64,000 bases of DNA from Candidatus Kaiserbacteria bacterium. GTDB taxonomy: Bacteria > Patescibacteriota > Minisyncoccia > Phycocordibacterales > Phycocordibacteraceae. Made by a program: the position numbers and the translations under genes. This document shows positions 49,860-59,135 of this stretch, in pieces. Location: positions 468,562 through 532,561 of the forward strand of contig OY969413.1 of NCBI GenBank assembly GCA_963699165.1, read 5' to 3'. The notes beneath the pieces are model-generated. The model was not told where the DNA came from. It saw only the letters and a program-made list of their open reading frames with translations, and did not search any database. The first letter of the stretch is position 1. Each line of letters begins with the position of its first letter.

Positions 49860-50567
49860 ATGAAAATCCACACACTGCCGGGCGACAAGGTAATCGAAGG
49901 GGCCGCACAAGCGCTGAACGAAGCTTTTGCGAAGCAAGCGGGCAAAGAATTCCTCTTTCTCTCCTGCGGCGGTTCGTCGCTTGCGATTCTCGACCACCTC
50001 GACTCGAATAATTTCGGCCCGCGAAGCACGGTGAGCGTGCTCGACGAGCGATACACCACCGATCCGGCAAACAATACGTTTGCGCTCATTACGCAAACCG
50101 ATTTTTATAAAAAGATTTCGGCAAATGGCGCGCATTTTATCGATACGCGTGTAGAGGATGGCGAAAGCATCGAAGGACTCGCAAAGCGTTTTGAAGACGG
50201 ACTCCGCGACTGGCGCGGACGCACGCATGGCGCCGTTATTGCAATGGTCGGCATCGGGCCGGACGGCCACACGGGCGGCATGATGCCCCACCCCGACGAG
50301 GTCGAGTTTTTCAACACGACGTTTAACGACGACGCACATTGGGTCGCGTCCTACGATGCAAAAGACAGAAATCCATTTCGCCTGCGCGTGACGACGACGC
50401 TCCCTTTCATGCGAACCATCGACACGGCGATTATTTATATGGTCGGCGAAAACAAACGCCGGTCACTCGAAAGACTGCTCGCAGACGAGGGCGGACTTGC
50501 GGAGACGCCGTGCCGCGTATGGAAAGATGTCGCGGGCGCGGAGCTTTTTACCGACCTTACGCCTTAA
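49860..50567 (+). CDS. pgl: 6-phosphogluconolactonase
   Basis: LSCGGSS and GIGPDGHTGG motifs of the 6PGL/NagB family; ORF reported from 49782. Confidence 0.7.
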   Translation: MKIHTLPGDKVIEGAAQALNEAFAKQAGKEFLFLSCGGSSLAILDHLDSNNFGPRSTVSVLDERYTTDPANNTFALITQTDFYKKISANGAHFIDTRVEDGESIEGLAKRFEDGLRDWRGRTHGAVIAMVGIGPDGHTGGMMPHPDEVEFFNTTFNDDAHWVASYDAKDRNPFRLRVTTTLPFMRTIDTAIIYMVGENKRRSLERLLADEGGLAETPCRVWKDVAGAELFTDLTP

Positions 50568-52036
50568 ACGCTGTAGGTGCTGCTGCTCGTCGAACCGCCG
50601 CGGCCCGTCCAGTTCGTGTGGAAGAATTCGCCGCGCGGTTTGTCGACGCGTTCGTAGGTGTGCGCGCCAAAGTAGTCGCGCTGGGCTTGGAGCAGGTTCG
50701 CGGGAAGTGATGCGCTTCGATACTGGTCGAAGAAAGAGAGCGCCGTGCTGAAGGCCGGCACGGGAATTCCCCGCTTCGCGGCTGTCGCGACGATGTTTCG
50801 CCATCCTTTTTGCGCGGCGCGTATTTCGCCGCGAAAATAATCGTCGAGAAGCAGATTCGCGAGCTTCGGATTCTTTTCGTACGCCTCTTTTATCTTTCCG
50901 AGAAAACGCGAGCGAATGATACAGCCGCCGCGCCACATGAGCGCGATGTTGCCGTAGTTGAGGTCAAAGCCGTACTCTTTCGCGGCGGCGCGCATGAGCA
51001 TGTAGCCCTGCGCATAGCTCACGATTTTTGATGCATACAGCGCATCGTGCAAATCGGCGATAAACTTTTTTTTCTTTTCCGCATCACCCGCAATGCTTCC
51101 GAGCAATGCTTTCGGCCCCTTCAGTTTCTTCGACGCCTTCACGCGTTCGTCTTTCAGCGCGGAAACACAGCGCGAGTAGACCGCCTCGGCGATGAGCGTA
51201 ATCGGGATGCCGACGTGAAGCGAGTTAATCACCGTCCATTTGCCCGTTCCCTTTTGACCGGCGGCATCCAAAATCTTGTCGACGAGCGGCGAGCCGTCTT
51301 CGTCTTTTTTCGCGAGAATGTCGGCGGTGATTTCTATCAAATACGAATCGAGCGTGCCCTTGTTCCACTCGGCAAAGACGCTCTGCATTTCATCCGCGCT
51401 CATGCCGAGGCCGTTTTTCATAATGCTGTACGCCTCGCCGATGAGCTGCATGTCGCCGTACTCGATGCCGTTGTGCACCATTTTGACGTAGTGCCCCGCG
51501 CCGCGCTCGCCCACCCAGTCACAGCAGGGCGTGCCATCTTCGACTTTTGCCGAAATGCTCTGAAAAATTTCCTTCACAAAAGGCCACCCGGCGGCGGAGC
51601 CGCCGGGCATGATGCTCGGCCCGCGCCGCGCACCCTCCTCGCCGCCCGAAACGCCCGTGCCGATGTAGAGCAGGCCTTTGCTCTCCACATATGCCGTGCG
51701 CCGATTCGTATCTTCAAAAAGCGAATTTCCGCCGTCGATGATGATGTCGCCTTTCTCCAGGTGCGAAAGCAACTGCTCGATAAACTCATCCACCGGCGCG
51801 CCTGCTTTGACGAGCATCATCACGCGCCGCGGGCGCTTTAACTTCGACACCATCTCCTCGATTGAATGTGCGCCGATAATCTTCGTCCCTTTCGCTTCAT
51901 TCGCCAAAAACTCGTCCACTTTCGACGTCGTCCGGTTATACACGACGACGGTATACCCGTGGTCGTCCATGTTCAGCACCAAGTTCTGCCCCATCACCGC
52001 GAGCCCTATAAGCGCAATGTCTGCTTTCGGTTCCAT
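50564..52036 (-). CDS. gnd: 6-phosphogluconate dehydrogenase (decarboxylating)
   Basis: IGLAVMGQNLVLN NAD-binding site, full-length 490 aa. Confidence 0.9.
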   Translation of the reverse strand: MEPKADIALIGLAVMGQNLVLNMDDHGYTVVVYNRTTSKVDEFLANEAKGTKIIGAHSIEEMVSKLKRPRRVMMLVKAGAPVDEFIEQLLSHLEKGDIIIDGGNSLFEDTNRRTAYVESKGLLYIGTGVSGGEEGARRGPSIMPGGSAAGWPFVKEIFQSISAKVEDGTPCCDWVGERGAGHYVKMVHNGIEYGDMQLIGEAYSIMKNGLGMSADEMQSVFAEWNKGTLDSYLIEITADILAKKDEDGSPLVDKILDAAGQKGTGKWTVINSLHVGIPITLIAEAVYSRCVSALKDERVKASKKLKGPKALLGSIAGDAEKKKKFIADLHDALYASKIVSYAQGYMLMRAAAKEYGFDLNYGNIALMWRGGCIIRSRFLGKIKEAYEKNPKLANLLLDDYFRGEIRAAQKGWRNIVATAAKRGIPVPAFSTALSFFDQYRSASLPANLLQAQRDYFGAHTYERVDKPRGEFFHTNWTGRGGSTSSSTYSV

Positions 52037-52113
52037 AATGGCCTCATACTAGCATTTCCGATTGTGAAGGTCGGGCGAACATCCTCCCGCATTTCAAGAA
52101 AAGCCCAGACGGC

Positions 52114-52575
52114 TCAATAACCTTCAGGGGGCCGCATCTTCTCGCCCAAAAGGTTAAATGTTTGCGCCCGTATCTGTGCGTCAATCTTTTTGACCTCATC
52201 GTCTATTTTTTCCCGCTCGTGCGGTGATTTGTCGGCCAGTATGTGTTCGAGTGTTTTCTCAAAATCATTTTTAAACTTCTGGTTTATGTCCTTCCAGCGA
52301 ATGCCTTTCATCTCTTCAGCGATTGCGGCTGTGTACGATAGTTTTCCAATCGCCATCAAGAATGCTATCGCAGGATATCCGAGATAGCCCTTATAAAAAG
52401 ACCCGTTATCGTTAGTCATGATGGAGTTTGAAGCGGGGTCGTACATAACGTCATAGAACTTATTGCCACTGGATGAGTAGACCTTGGCAGTATCCTTAGA
52501 AACCATTATGCGTTTGTCGGTTAAAGCCCCCAACGCTTCATAGATTTTGATTATAGGGGGATGTTTCCACTGCAT
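52114..52575 (-). CDS. hypothetical protein (AT-rich)
   Basis: ORF only. Confidence 0.35.
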   Translation of the reverse strand: MQWKHPPIIKIYEALGALTDKRIMVSKDTAKVYSSSGNKFYDVMYDPASNSIMTNDNGSFYKGYLGYPAIAFLMAIGKLSYTAAIAEEMKGIRWKDINQKFKNDFEKTLEHILADKSPHEREKIDDEVKKIDAQIRAQTFNLLGEKMRPPEGY

Positions 52576-52639
52576 GGCTTTATCTTATAGGTTTCGCGCT
52601 CAAATTAAAAACCTCGGTACAACGTACCGAGGTTTTTGG

Positions 52640-53425
52640 CTATTTGTAGTACTTGGACAGAAAATCTGCCAAGTCGGCAGAGAGTTTCTGCCCTTGTTGC
52701 TGTGATTCACGCTTCCGAAATGCCGAGTAAATCTCGATTTGAATAGCGTTGATGCCGTAGTGTTTTGCATACCAGCGCGTGGTATGACCGGCACTAAACG
52801 GATCGCCTTCGGGAACAGCAGGCGTCTCGGCGGGCAGGAAGACTTTGTATCCGCGCGCTTCCAAAAAGCGTGCAAGCAGCCGGTCGACTTCTCCGAAATG
52901 GATAGTCGTCCGATTTCCCGTTCCAAGGATGAGGTCATAACCCTCTGTCGGAGCTATTTTGGGTTGTTTGCCGAACCCGTGCATGTCCAAGAAGATGATG
53001 TTTTCTTTTCCAAACATGCGCATCGACTGCTCTACCAAGCGGCACAACTCCGAGTGGTAGTGCTCATAGACGCCTTTTAATCGGGTATCATCAAGTGCCG
53101 TTTGCCCTTGCGTGTCCGGGTCAAGATTGGCGCCTGATGGCAATTCTCGATTGGCATCGACATACGCCCGCGCCATCAAGAAGCGCACAACATCTATCTT
53201 TGCGCCACGCATCAAAGCGCCGTACACGATGTCGTTTACAATCGGATACACATGGGCATCGCGCCCTTTGACGCCCGATCTTCGCACTTGAAACATTCCC
53301 GCAAAATCGTTTGCTATGAACCCGTCATGCGGTACTGCGAGGATGACTCTTGAAGCGGTTGGATGCGAAAGAACAATCGAGAAGTTGGAGTTAACGAGTG
53401 TTACACCAGGTGCAAGTTGAATCAC
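52640..53425 (-). CDS. N-formylglutamate amidohydrolase family protein
   Basis: AVPHDG, VDANRE, LDMHGFG motifs. Confidence 0.65.
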   Translation of the reverse strand: MIQLAPGVTLVNSNFSIVLSHPTASRVILAVPHDGFIANDFAGMFQVRRSGVKGRDAHVYPIVNDIVYGALMRGAKIDVVRFLMARAYVDANRELPSGANLDPDTQGQTALDDTRLKGVYEHYHSELCRLVEQSMRMFGKENIIFLDMHGFGKQPKIAPTEGYDLILGTGNRTTIHFGEVDRLLARFLEARGYKVFLPAETPAVPEGDPFSAGHTTRWYAKHYGINAIQIEIYSAFRKRESQQQGQKLSADLADFLSKYYK

Positions 53426-53561
53426 GATTTACTCCTTTGATTTCTGAGTTTGCAGTTCTGCCATATCCGGCTCATTTCTGAAAAACAAAAACTGCCCCGA
53501 GAGGGCAGGTTCAGTTGTGAACAGAATTTGGCAGCCGTCTCAGTCAATATGAATAGCCACC

Positions 53562-53696
53562 GTGGGGCGGATAGCTCGACCAAGTAGAGACGTGCTGGTT
53601 GATAAGCATGTGCCCGACTATAACGCTGTAGAAGCCCGTAGTAAAGATTGCCCCCGAATACTGAAAGAGCCGAAATCGAGCTATCCCCAACCTCAT
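53562..53696. other. candidate structured ncRNA or cis-element closed by a 13-15 bp helix
   Basis: GGGGCGGATAGCTCGA ... TCGAGCTATCCCC enclosing ~100 nt; intergenic. Confidence 0.3.
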
Positions 53697-53784
53697 TGAA
53701 ATTAAATCTTGAGGATGTATAATACGCTCAATCACCACGGAAAAGACCCTTGCAGAGTTCGTCTCTGCCGGGGGTTTTTCCTTT

Positions 53785-54303
53785 TTATATTCGCCTTTTT
53801 GTCCGTGCCTCAAGAAGATGCTTTTGGTCGTCAATATACGCAATCGGGGCGTCCGTCCTCTTCAACAAGATTGAGCATTTGCTTGCAGGAGCGGGAGATA
53901 AGATTGTCTCCAGTTTTCCTTTGTCACTCAATATTTTTATCAGCGGAGCATAATCACCATCGCTCGCGACGATTACCGCTTTCTGTAAGTCGCCCTCGTA
54001 CATATCTGTCATGGCTTGCGTCACAAGATCTGTATCGCAATTCCCTTTCACCTTACCCATGTCATAGAGAACATCTTTGAAAACCAGTTCAAAACCGCAA
54101 CCTTGCAGATAATTATAAAGATTCTTGTACCGCGGAATCAGACCGATGAAAATATATGCACGCTCGACTTTGTATTTATCGCTAAGCCATTTGCGGAATC
54201 TTCCGTAATCGAGCTCCCAGAGAAGCGTCAACCGAAGCGCCTTATCGAGATTGGCGGCATCGATATACGCTATGTTGACTAACTTCCGTCCGTCGGCATC
54301 CAT
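53785..54303 (-). CDS. NYN-domain (LabA-like) protein
   Basis: IAYIDAANL and the overall NYN pattern. Confidence 0.65.
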   Translation of the reverse strand: MDADGRKLVNIAYIDAANLDKALRLTLLWELDYGRFRKWLSDKYKVERAYIFIGLIPRYKNLYNYLQGCGFELVFKDVLYDMGKVKGNCDTDLVTQAMTDMYEGDLQKAVIVASDGDYAPLIKILSDKGKLETILSPAPASKCSILLKRTDAPIAYIDDQKHLLEARTKRRI

Positions 54304-54330
54304 TTTCGAATTTTACCACCTCCACTCGCC

Positions 54331-54909
54331 TCAAGAAAAACCCAGGCGGCTTTTCTTGAGTTCTTTTCGCAAAGCACGGTAGTCCGGCACGGTTTTGGCG
54401 ACCAAATCCCAAAATTTCTTCGAATGATTGAATTCGCCTAAGTGGCAGAGCTCATGCACGACGATGTAGTCCGCAAGATGCGGCGGCAAAAGCGCGATTT
54501 TGTAGTTAAAATTCAAATTGCCCTTGCGCGAGCAACTGCCCCACCGCGTCTTTTGATTTCTGATTTGTATCTTGTTCACGCGAAAATGATACGAGGAATT
54601 GAAATGTTCAATGCGTTTTTCAGCAAGCGCTAGCGCGCTTGCTTTGTGCTCGGCAAAATGCTTTTTACTGCTTTTTACAAAAACCTGTCCGGTAAACTTT
54701 TTAAAATAGTCGAGCTTGTCCGAAATCCAAACCGATTTTTTTGCGACAAATTCCTCGGCCAGCCGCTTATTCATTTGCCGCGGCACCGTCACTACGCACG
54801 CGCCGTCACAGCGTACGGTTAGCCGCATCCTCCGCGCGCGCTTACTCACCTTGAGCGTGTATGAGATGTTTCTCTTTGGCAATTGACTTCGCATTTGCAA
54901 TTTTGACAT
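54331..54909 (-). CDS. YgjP-like (DUF45/WLM) metallopeptidase
   Basis: HELCHL HExxH near the C-terminus; basic N-terminal region. Confidence 0.7.
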   Translation of the reverse strand: MSKLQMRSQLPKRNISYTLKVSKRARRMRLTVRCDGACVVTVPRQMNKRLAEEFVAKKSVWISDKLDYFKKFTGQVFVKSSKKHFAEHKASALALAEKRIEHFNSSYHFRVNKIQIRNQKTRWGSCSRKGNLNFNYKIALLPPHLADYIVVHELCHLGEFNHSKKFWDLVAKTVPDYRALRKELKKSRLGFS

Positions 54910-54952
54910 CAGTTTTGATTAAAACTCGGTCATGTCTATCTGCGACTACCAA

Positions 54953-55771
54953 CTAATTTCCAACTAGTGGTGCTGCTTTCTTTTCAACGCCAATTTGATG
55001 CTCGCCGAATTTAACTTTATACGCTGTGAAAAGTTCTTGCGCCAGATCTAAGATGGTTTTTGTATATCCCTCCATAGTGGATTCAGTTCTAGTTTTTCGA
55101 GTACGATATCTAACTGTCCTCGAAGCTGCGCCAAGCAGATTAATATCCATATTATGGCTAATTTCATTTCTCACCGTAAAGGCGTCTCTTAATAAATTAA
55201 GTTTTGCAGTAGTAAAAATCTGCTTGGTATTTAATCCAGATGCGTCGGAAGCTTTGCAAAGTTGGCCTGTCGACTGGAGACTTTCTTTTGTCATGCTTTC
55301 AATATAGTCCCTCAGAAAAACGTCTCGCGGTTGTCTATCAATCAATGCAAGGGCAACTGTATTTAGCGTATCTTTCTCGTTTCGGTTAATTCCACTCCTG
55401 ACGTATTCTTTAAATTTGTTCTGTGCAGTCTCATCGACATCAACCAACATCGAGAGTTTGGAACTCAAAAGTTGTTTGACAAGCATATCCAGTCCGGCAC
55501 ACGCAAAAATTAACATGGCTCGATATAAATCTTGTTGTGCGTGCGTAGACGGTCCACCTCTCGCCCCACTACGCCCCGTTCTGTATAATGTATTGAAATT
55601 ATTGACCGCCTCGACCGTTTTTAAAATGACACTGTGTTCAAATTCGAATAGGCTCCCGGGACTTTCTGCTTCGAGGGTAGTTCTGTAAAAAATGTGAGAT
55701 TGGTTTGGTATTGCTCTTCCAGGGTGCGGTCTCCGAACTGTAATTTTTTTTGATACTTTTTTTGCTGCCAT
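54953..55771 (-). CDS. hypothetical protein (AT-rich accessory)
   Basis: ORF only. Confidence 0.4.
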   Translation of the reverse strand: MAAKKVSKKITVRRPHPGRAIPNQSHIFYRTTLEAESPGSLFEFEHSVILKTVEAVNNFNTLYRTGRSGARGGPSTHAQQDLYRAMLIFACAGLDMLVKQLLSSKLSMLVDVDETAQNKFKEYVRSGINRNEKDTLNTVALALIDRQPRDVFLRDYIESMTKESLQSTGQLCKASDASGLNTKQIFTTAKLNLLRDAFTVRNEISHNMDINLLGAASRTVRYRTRKTRTESTMEGYTKTILDLAQELFTAYKVKFGEHQIGVEKKAAPLVGN

Positions 55772-55777
55772 AAAATT

Positions 55778-56176
55778 TTATGAAATGCGATCTTCTGTTG
55801 TTGGAAGTGCAGTTGCAACACCTTCCGAAAATAAAGTATCACAATGCTGCAACATACTTTCTATAAAACGCCCATGATAAACGGCATATACCAGCGAGCT
55901 GATGTTGACGGGTTCTGGTTTAATAATTGTTAGAACAAGTTCACCAGTCCTGACGTGTGGGCGAAGCCAAGCCTTATTCCTCCACTGATCTGGCGTATGC
56001 GTAAAATCACCATCCGTATCACATGACCAAGTTACAATTAGCTTTTCGTCAATCGCTTTTTTGAAAGCATTTAGTAAAGCCTGTGGGGTGTTTGTTTTGA
56101 AATGTATTGCCATATTTGTACAAGTGTCACGCCTTAAATTATGGCAGTGGCCTTTTCGTATAACATCGGTAGACAA
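55778..56176 (-). CDS. hypothetical protein
   Basis: ORF only; overlaps the REase 3' end by ~40 nt. Confidence 0.35.
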   Translation of the reverse strand: MSTDVIRKGHCHNLRRDTCTNMAIHFKTNTPQALLNAFKKAIDEKLIVTWSCDTDGDFTHTPDQWRNKAWLRPHVRTGELVLTIIKPEPVNISSLVYAVYHGRFIESMLQHCDTLFSEGVATALPTTEDRIS

Positions 56177-56928
56177 TCCTGCCTCATCCTAAATTTCGTA
56201 CCATGATTGTGTCCCGTGCGCGCGTCGAAATCGACAAGAACTTTCCCTTCTTCCAAAGCTTTTAGAAAGCCTTCAAAGCTGAATTTCTGCAACATAGTCA
56301 CTTTCGTATAGTGGTAAAACTCTTTCTTCTTTTCTTTCTTGACTTCGGCCTGTACATAAAACGCATTAAGCAATTTTGTCCCTGCCTTGTGCTCCAAATC
56401 GTCGAATCCCCAATAGGGTTGCGGATTGAGATCCTTAAGGCCCACCTTCTTGCCCACACCAGCGAGCCACTTCTTGTGCCGAACATCAACACTTTGTGCA
56501 TCAAACGAAATCAAGACTTTGCGTTCCTTTCGGTCTATGACAACTTTAAAGCCTCTATCGCTCGGCGACTGTCCATGTATTGTTTGTCGAAAACTCATTT
56601 CGCATTTCGGGTACGTCGTGCCACTTTCCTGGTGAGCCCACCCGTATTTCGGCAGGAGAATTTGCGGAACGAATCGAATGGCTCGCGGCGAAGGCTCAAT
56701 ATGGAAAAGTGTCGTGAGAGAAGTTGTGTCGATTCTTTGCGTCTTCAATTCCCATTCCGCAGCATTTGGTATCGGCAAATTATTTTCTTTTATACCGAGC
56801 AAATCTTCCAGCGTGTTTCCAATTCCACCCGCATTACCGTGTCGAGCATTTGGAATCCATCCAGCAGCTGAAATCTTTTGCAGTTTTGCAATGAGTGCTG
56901 GCTTCGTATAAATGACAGGTTTGGGCAT
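56134..56928 (-). CDS. candidate type II restriction endonuclease
   Basis: Starts 4 nt after the stop of the SPPY methyltransferase; family not recognised (MvaI/BcnI-like is a guess). Confidence 0.45.
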   Translation of the reverse strand: MPKPVIYTKPALIAKLQKISAAGWIPNARHGNAGGIGNTLEDLLGIKENNLPIPNAAEWELKTQRIDTTSLTTLFHIEPSPRAIRFVPQILLPKYGWAHQESGTTYPKCEMSFRQTIHGQSPSDRGFKVVIDRKERKVLISFDAQSVDVRHKKWLAGVGKKVGLKDLNPQPYWGFDDLEHKAGTKLLNAFYVQAEVKKEKKKEFYHYTKVTMLQKFSFEGFLKALEEGKVLVDFDARTGHNHGTKFRMRQDCLPMLYEKATAII

Positions 56929-56932
56929 GGAA

Positions 56933-57814
56933 TTATAAAAGTCTTATTTGTGCTAAATGGTCTTTGATTCTTTTCTCTGCCATTTCGCAGTACTCCGGCG
57001 AAATCTCGATACCGACATATTGTCGCCCATGATTAAGAGCTGAAATAGCAGTAGTACCTGAACCCATGAAAGGATCTAGGATTGTTTTAGCAGTAGTTGA
57101 AGATATGATTCTGTCTATCAAATCTACTGGAAAAGCCGCCGGGTGTTCGTTATTCATTTCTTGCGTAAATTCCCACACGTCTCCATGCCCATTTGCTTTC
57201 GGAGCAAGTCTAAAATCTTTTTTCGCGATGAGATAAATAACTTCGTATGTCGGCACAAAATAACCCGGATTAAAATTGAAACCACCTTTCCGGCGCCAGA
57301 TAATTATTTGGCGAACGGGAAAACTGTTCACAATGTCCTGTCGGTCCTGTAATAGTCCGTTTTGCACGCGCCATTTGTGATTATAAAAAATTGCGCCGTC
57401 GTCAGGGATAATCCGCATCATTTCAATAAGGCATCGTCTCTGCCAGTCCACATACTCCTCATGCGGCATGCAGTCATTGTGATGAGAATATCCTTTTTGG
57501 AGTGCAGCGTTCGCCCATTTGCCTCCACGTCCGTCTTTCATTCCGTTGCCAGTAGAATTCTTCAGATTGTACGGAGGCGAAGTTACGACGATGTCGATTG
57601 AACCGTCAGGAATTCTTTTCATTACGTCAACGACATCTCCGCATATGATTTTATTCAAAAAAGTATCGGCAAAAGATGGCTCCTGCCTTTTTTGTGAGAC
57701 AGCGCGTTTTGGTTCCTTTTTAAGAGTAAGCGTAGGCATATTGCTTTGGAAATAATACGCGAAAATCCTCGCAAATCCTAGTGGTGTTTGAAAAGCAATA
57801 TGCATTTTTTGCAT
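56933..57814 (-). CDS. DNA methyltransferase, beta-class amino-MTase (SPPY motif IV; N4-cytosine or N6-adenine)
   Basis: DIVVTSPPY and FDPFMGSGTT (motif I after motif IV = beta permutation); alternative start MPTLT at 57739; ORF reported from a TTG at 57880. Confidence 0.8.
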   Translation of the reverse strand: MQKMHIAFQTPLGFARIFAYYFQSNMPTLTLKKEPKRAVSQKRQEPSFADTFLNKIICGDVVDVMKRIPDGSIDIVVTSPPYNLKNSTGNGMKDGRGGKWANAALQKGYSHHNDCMPHEEYVDWQRRCLIEMMRIIPDDGAIFYNHKWRVQNGLLQDRQDIVNSFPVRQIIIWRRKGGFNFNPGYFVPTYEVIYLIAKKDFRLAPKANGHGDVWEFTQEMNNEHPAAFPVDLIDRIISSTTAKTILDPFMGSGTTAISALNHGRQYVGIEISPEYCEMAEKRIKDHLAQIRLL

Positions 57815-57823
57815 ATTGCTTTT
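57791..57823. promoter_or_regulatory. 14-bp perfect inverted repeat with 5-T spacer overlapping the methyltransferase start region (candidate operator)
   Basis: AAAAGCAATATGCA-TTTTT-TGCATATTGCTTTT. Confidence 0.5.
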
Positions 57824-57877
57824 CAATAGATGGCTTACTTTATAGATATTCGAACTGTTGCAAGTTTTGCAACAGCT

Positions 57878-57927
57878 CAACTCTCCCGCTTGCCGTGGAG
57901 GAGGAGGTCGAGGGCGTATTGCATCGA
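57878..57927. repeat. ABC-3'-end repeat copy 1 (minus strand encodes FSMQYALDLLLHGKRES*)
   Basis: Alignment with 61433-61496. Confidence 0.85.
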
Positions 57928-57932
57928 AAACA

Positions 57933-58622
57933 TTATTTCTTCTGAAGAACTTCCCATTCCAACTTCAATGCTGACATTCGGTCAAGCAAAATGGGATGAG
58001 AAATATATGGAAGCGCATAAGTATAAAATTCTTCAAACAACGGAATATGTTGTTCCTTTTCATACTCCAATGCCTTTTCAACCGCTTGATATTTATCGAG
58101 CTGTCTTCCGAAAGATGCGGCGGCATCGCCTGAAGATTCAAAGCGAAGCCAAAGTTTCATAATCTCCTCTCCGGCATCCCCCATTCCACTGCAAATTTGC
58201 GTCAATGCTTTCTTTTCATTTTCGAACTTGATTGCTTTCAGCATTTTTCTTTCAGCCTCGTCGATTGTTGTGATGACTTCATCTCCGTGAATTGCCTCCG
58301 GCCAATCGTGCACTTCAAGCATGTCGAACAATCCATCTTTCTCCTCATCGGTGAGATTCCCGAACGAATTCGCCAAAACCCTTAACGCAACTATGTGATC
58401 TTGAACGGTTTCTGGATTTTCAACACCTCTACGTACCCATACGGTCCTAGGCAATTCTCCCAAGGCCTTCCAGACTTCAGGTGCGAGTTGTGCAAATTTA
58501 AGATTAGGCGCTTTCTCACTTTCGCCCGCCGTCTTGGGGTTAGGAAATGATTCATTCATTTTACTATTGTAGCTTAGCGGAGAATGAGATTCGACCGGGT
58601 GCTCAACTCTCCCTCTTGCCAT
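57933..58622 (-). CDS. HD-domain phosphohydrolase (YfbR-like)
   Basis: H...HD pattern: VQDHIVAL ... EVHDWPEAIHGD; alternative start MNESF at 58560. Confidence 0.65.
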   Translation of the reverse strand: MARGRVEHPVESHSPLSYNSKMNESFPNPKTAGESEKAPNLKFAQLAPEVWKALGELPRTVWVRRGVENPETVQDHIVALRVLANSFGNLTDEEKDGLFDMLEVHDWPEAIHGDEVITTIDEAERKMLKAIKFENEKKALTQICSGMGDAGEEIMKLWLRFESSGDAAASFGRQLDKYQAVEKALEYEKEQHIPLFEEFYTYALPYISHPILLDRMSALKLEWEVLQKK

Positions 58623-58660
58623 GAAGGAGGAGGTCGAGGGCGTGCTGCATCGAGCCCGCG
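58605..58660. repeat. ABC-3'-end repeat copy 2 (FAGSMQHALDLLLHGKRES*)
   Basis: Alignment. Confidence 0.85.
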
Positions 58661-58673
58661 AAACACGGCAGAG

Positions 58674-59132
58674 TTATTTCTCTACGATTCCCAATCGTGA
58701 TATGCCATACTCTTCAAATTCGTCCTCCCACTTAATAATGCAATCTTGCAGTTTCATAAACCGCTCTTCCTGCGTCATTTTTTTCCATTCTTCTTCGCTA
58801 TATCTATTGAAGAAATCCCTATCGCCAAGACGATCTTCAAGTTCATCCCAAAAAGCTTCATCGTCATATTCCTTAATAAGCCGGCTGATTTCAGTATCTT
58901 GTCCTGAAGGGTCGTATTCCAATTGGTGTTCAAATTGCTTGGGAAGGCCAAACAGCGGCGCAAGCGAAAAAACGTAATCCGCAATTTCATTGTATTTATC
59001 CAGATGCGGGTCGTCTTCCCTTCCTGTCCTATGACAATTTGCCATCCAATTCCCGAGGTAAACCAGTTGCGCGAGCGCAATATATTGATCTTTCGTAAAT
59101 TCCAGCGGCACTTTGGGCGTATTTGTCTCCAT
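58674..59132 (-). CDS. hypothetical acidic protein immediately downstream of the Doc/RhuM gene
   Basis: 152 aa, D/E-rich; 4-nt gap to the upstream gene. Confidence 0.4.
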   Translation of the reverse strand: METNTPKVPLEFTKDQYIALAQLVYLGNWMANCHRTGREDDPHLDKYNEIADYVFSLAPLFGLPKQFEHQLEYDPSGQDTEISRLIKEYDDEAFWDELEDRLGDRDFFNRYSEEEWKKMTQEERFMKLQDCIIKWEDEFEEYGISRLGIVEK

Positions 59133-59135
59133 AAT

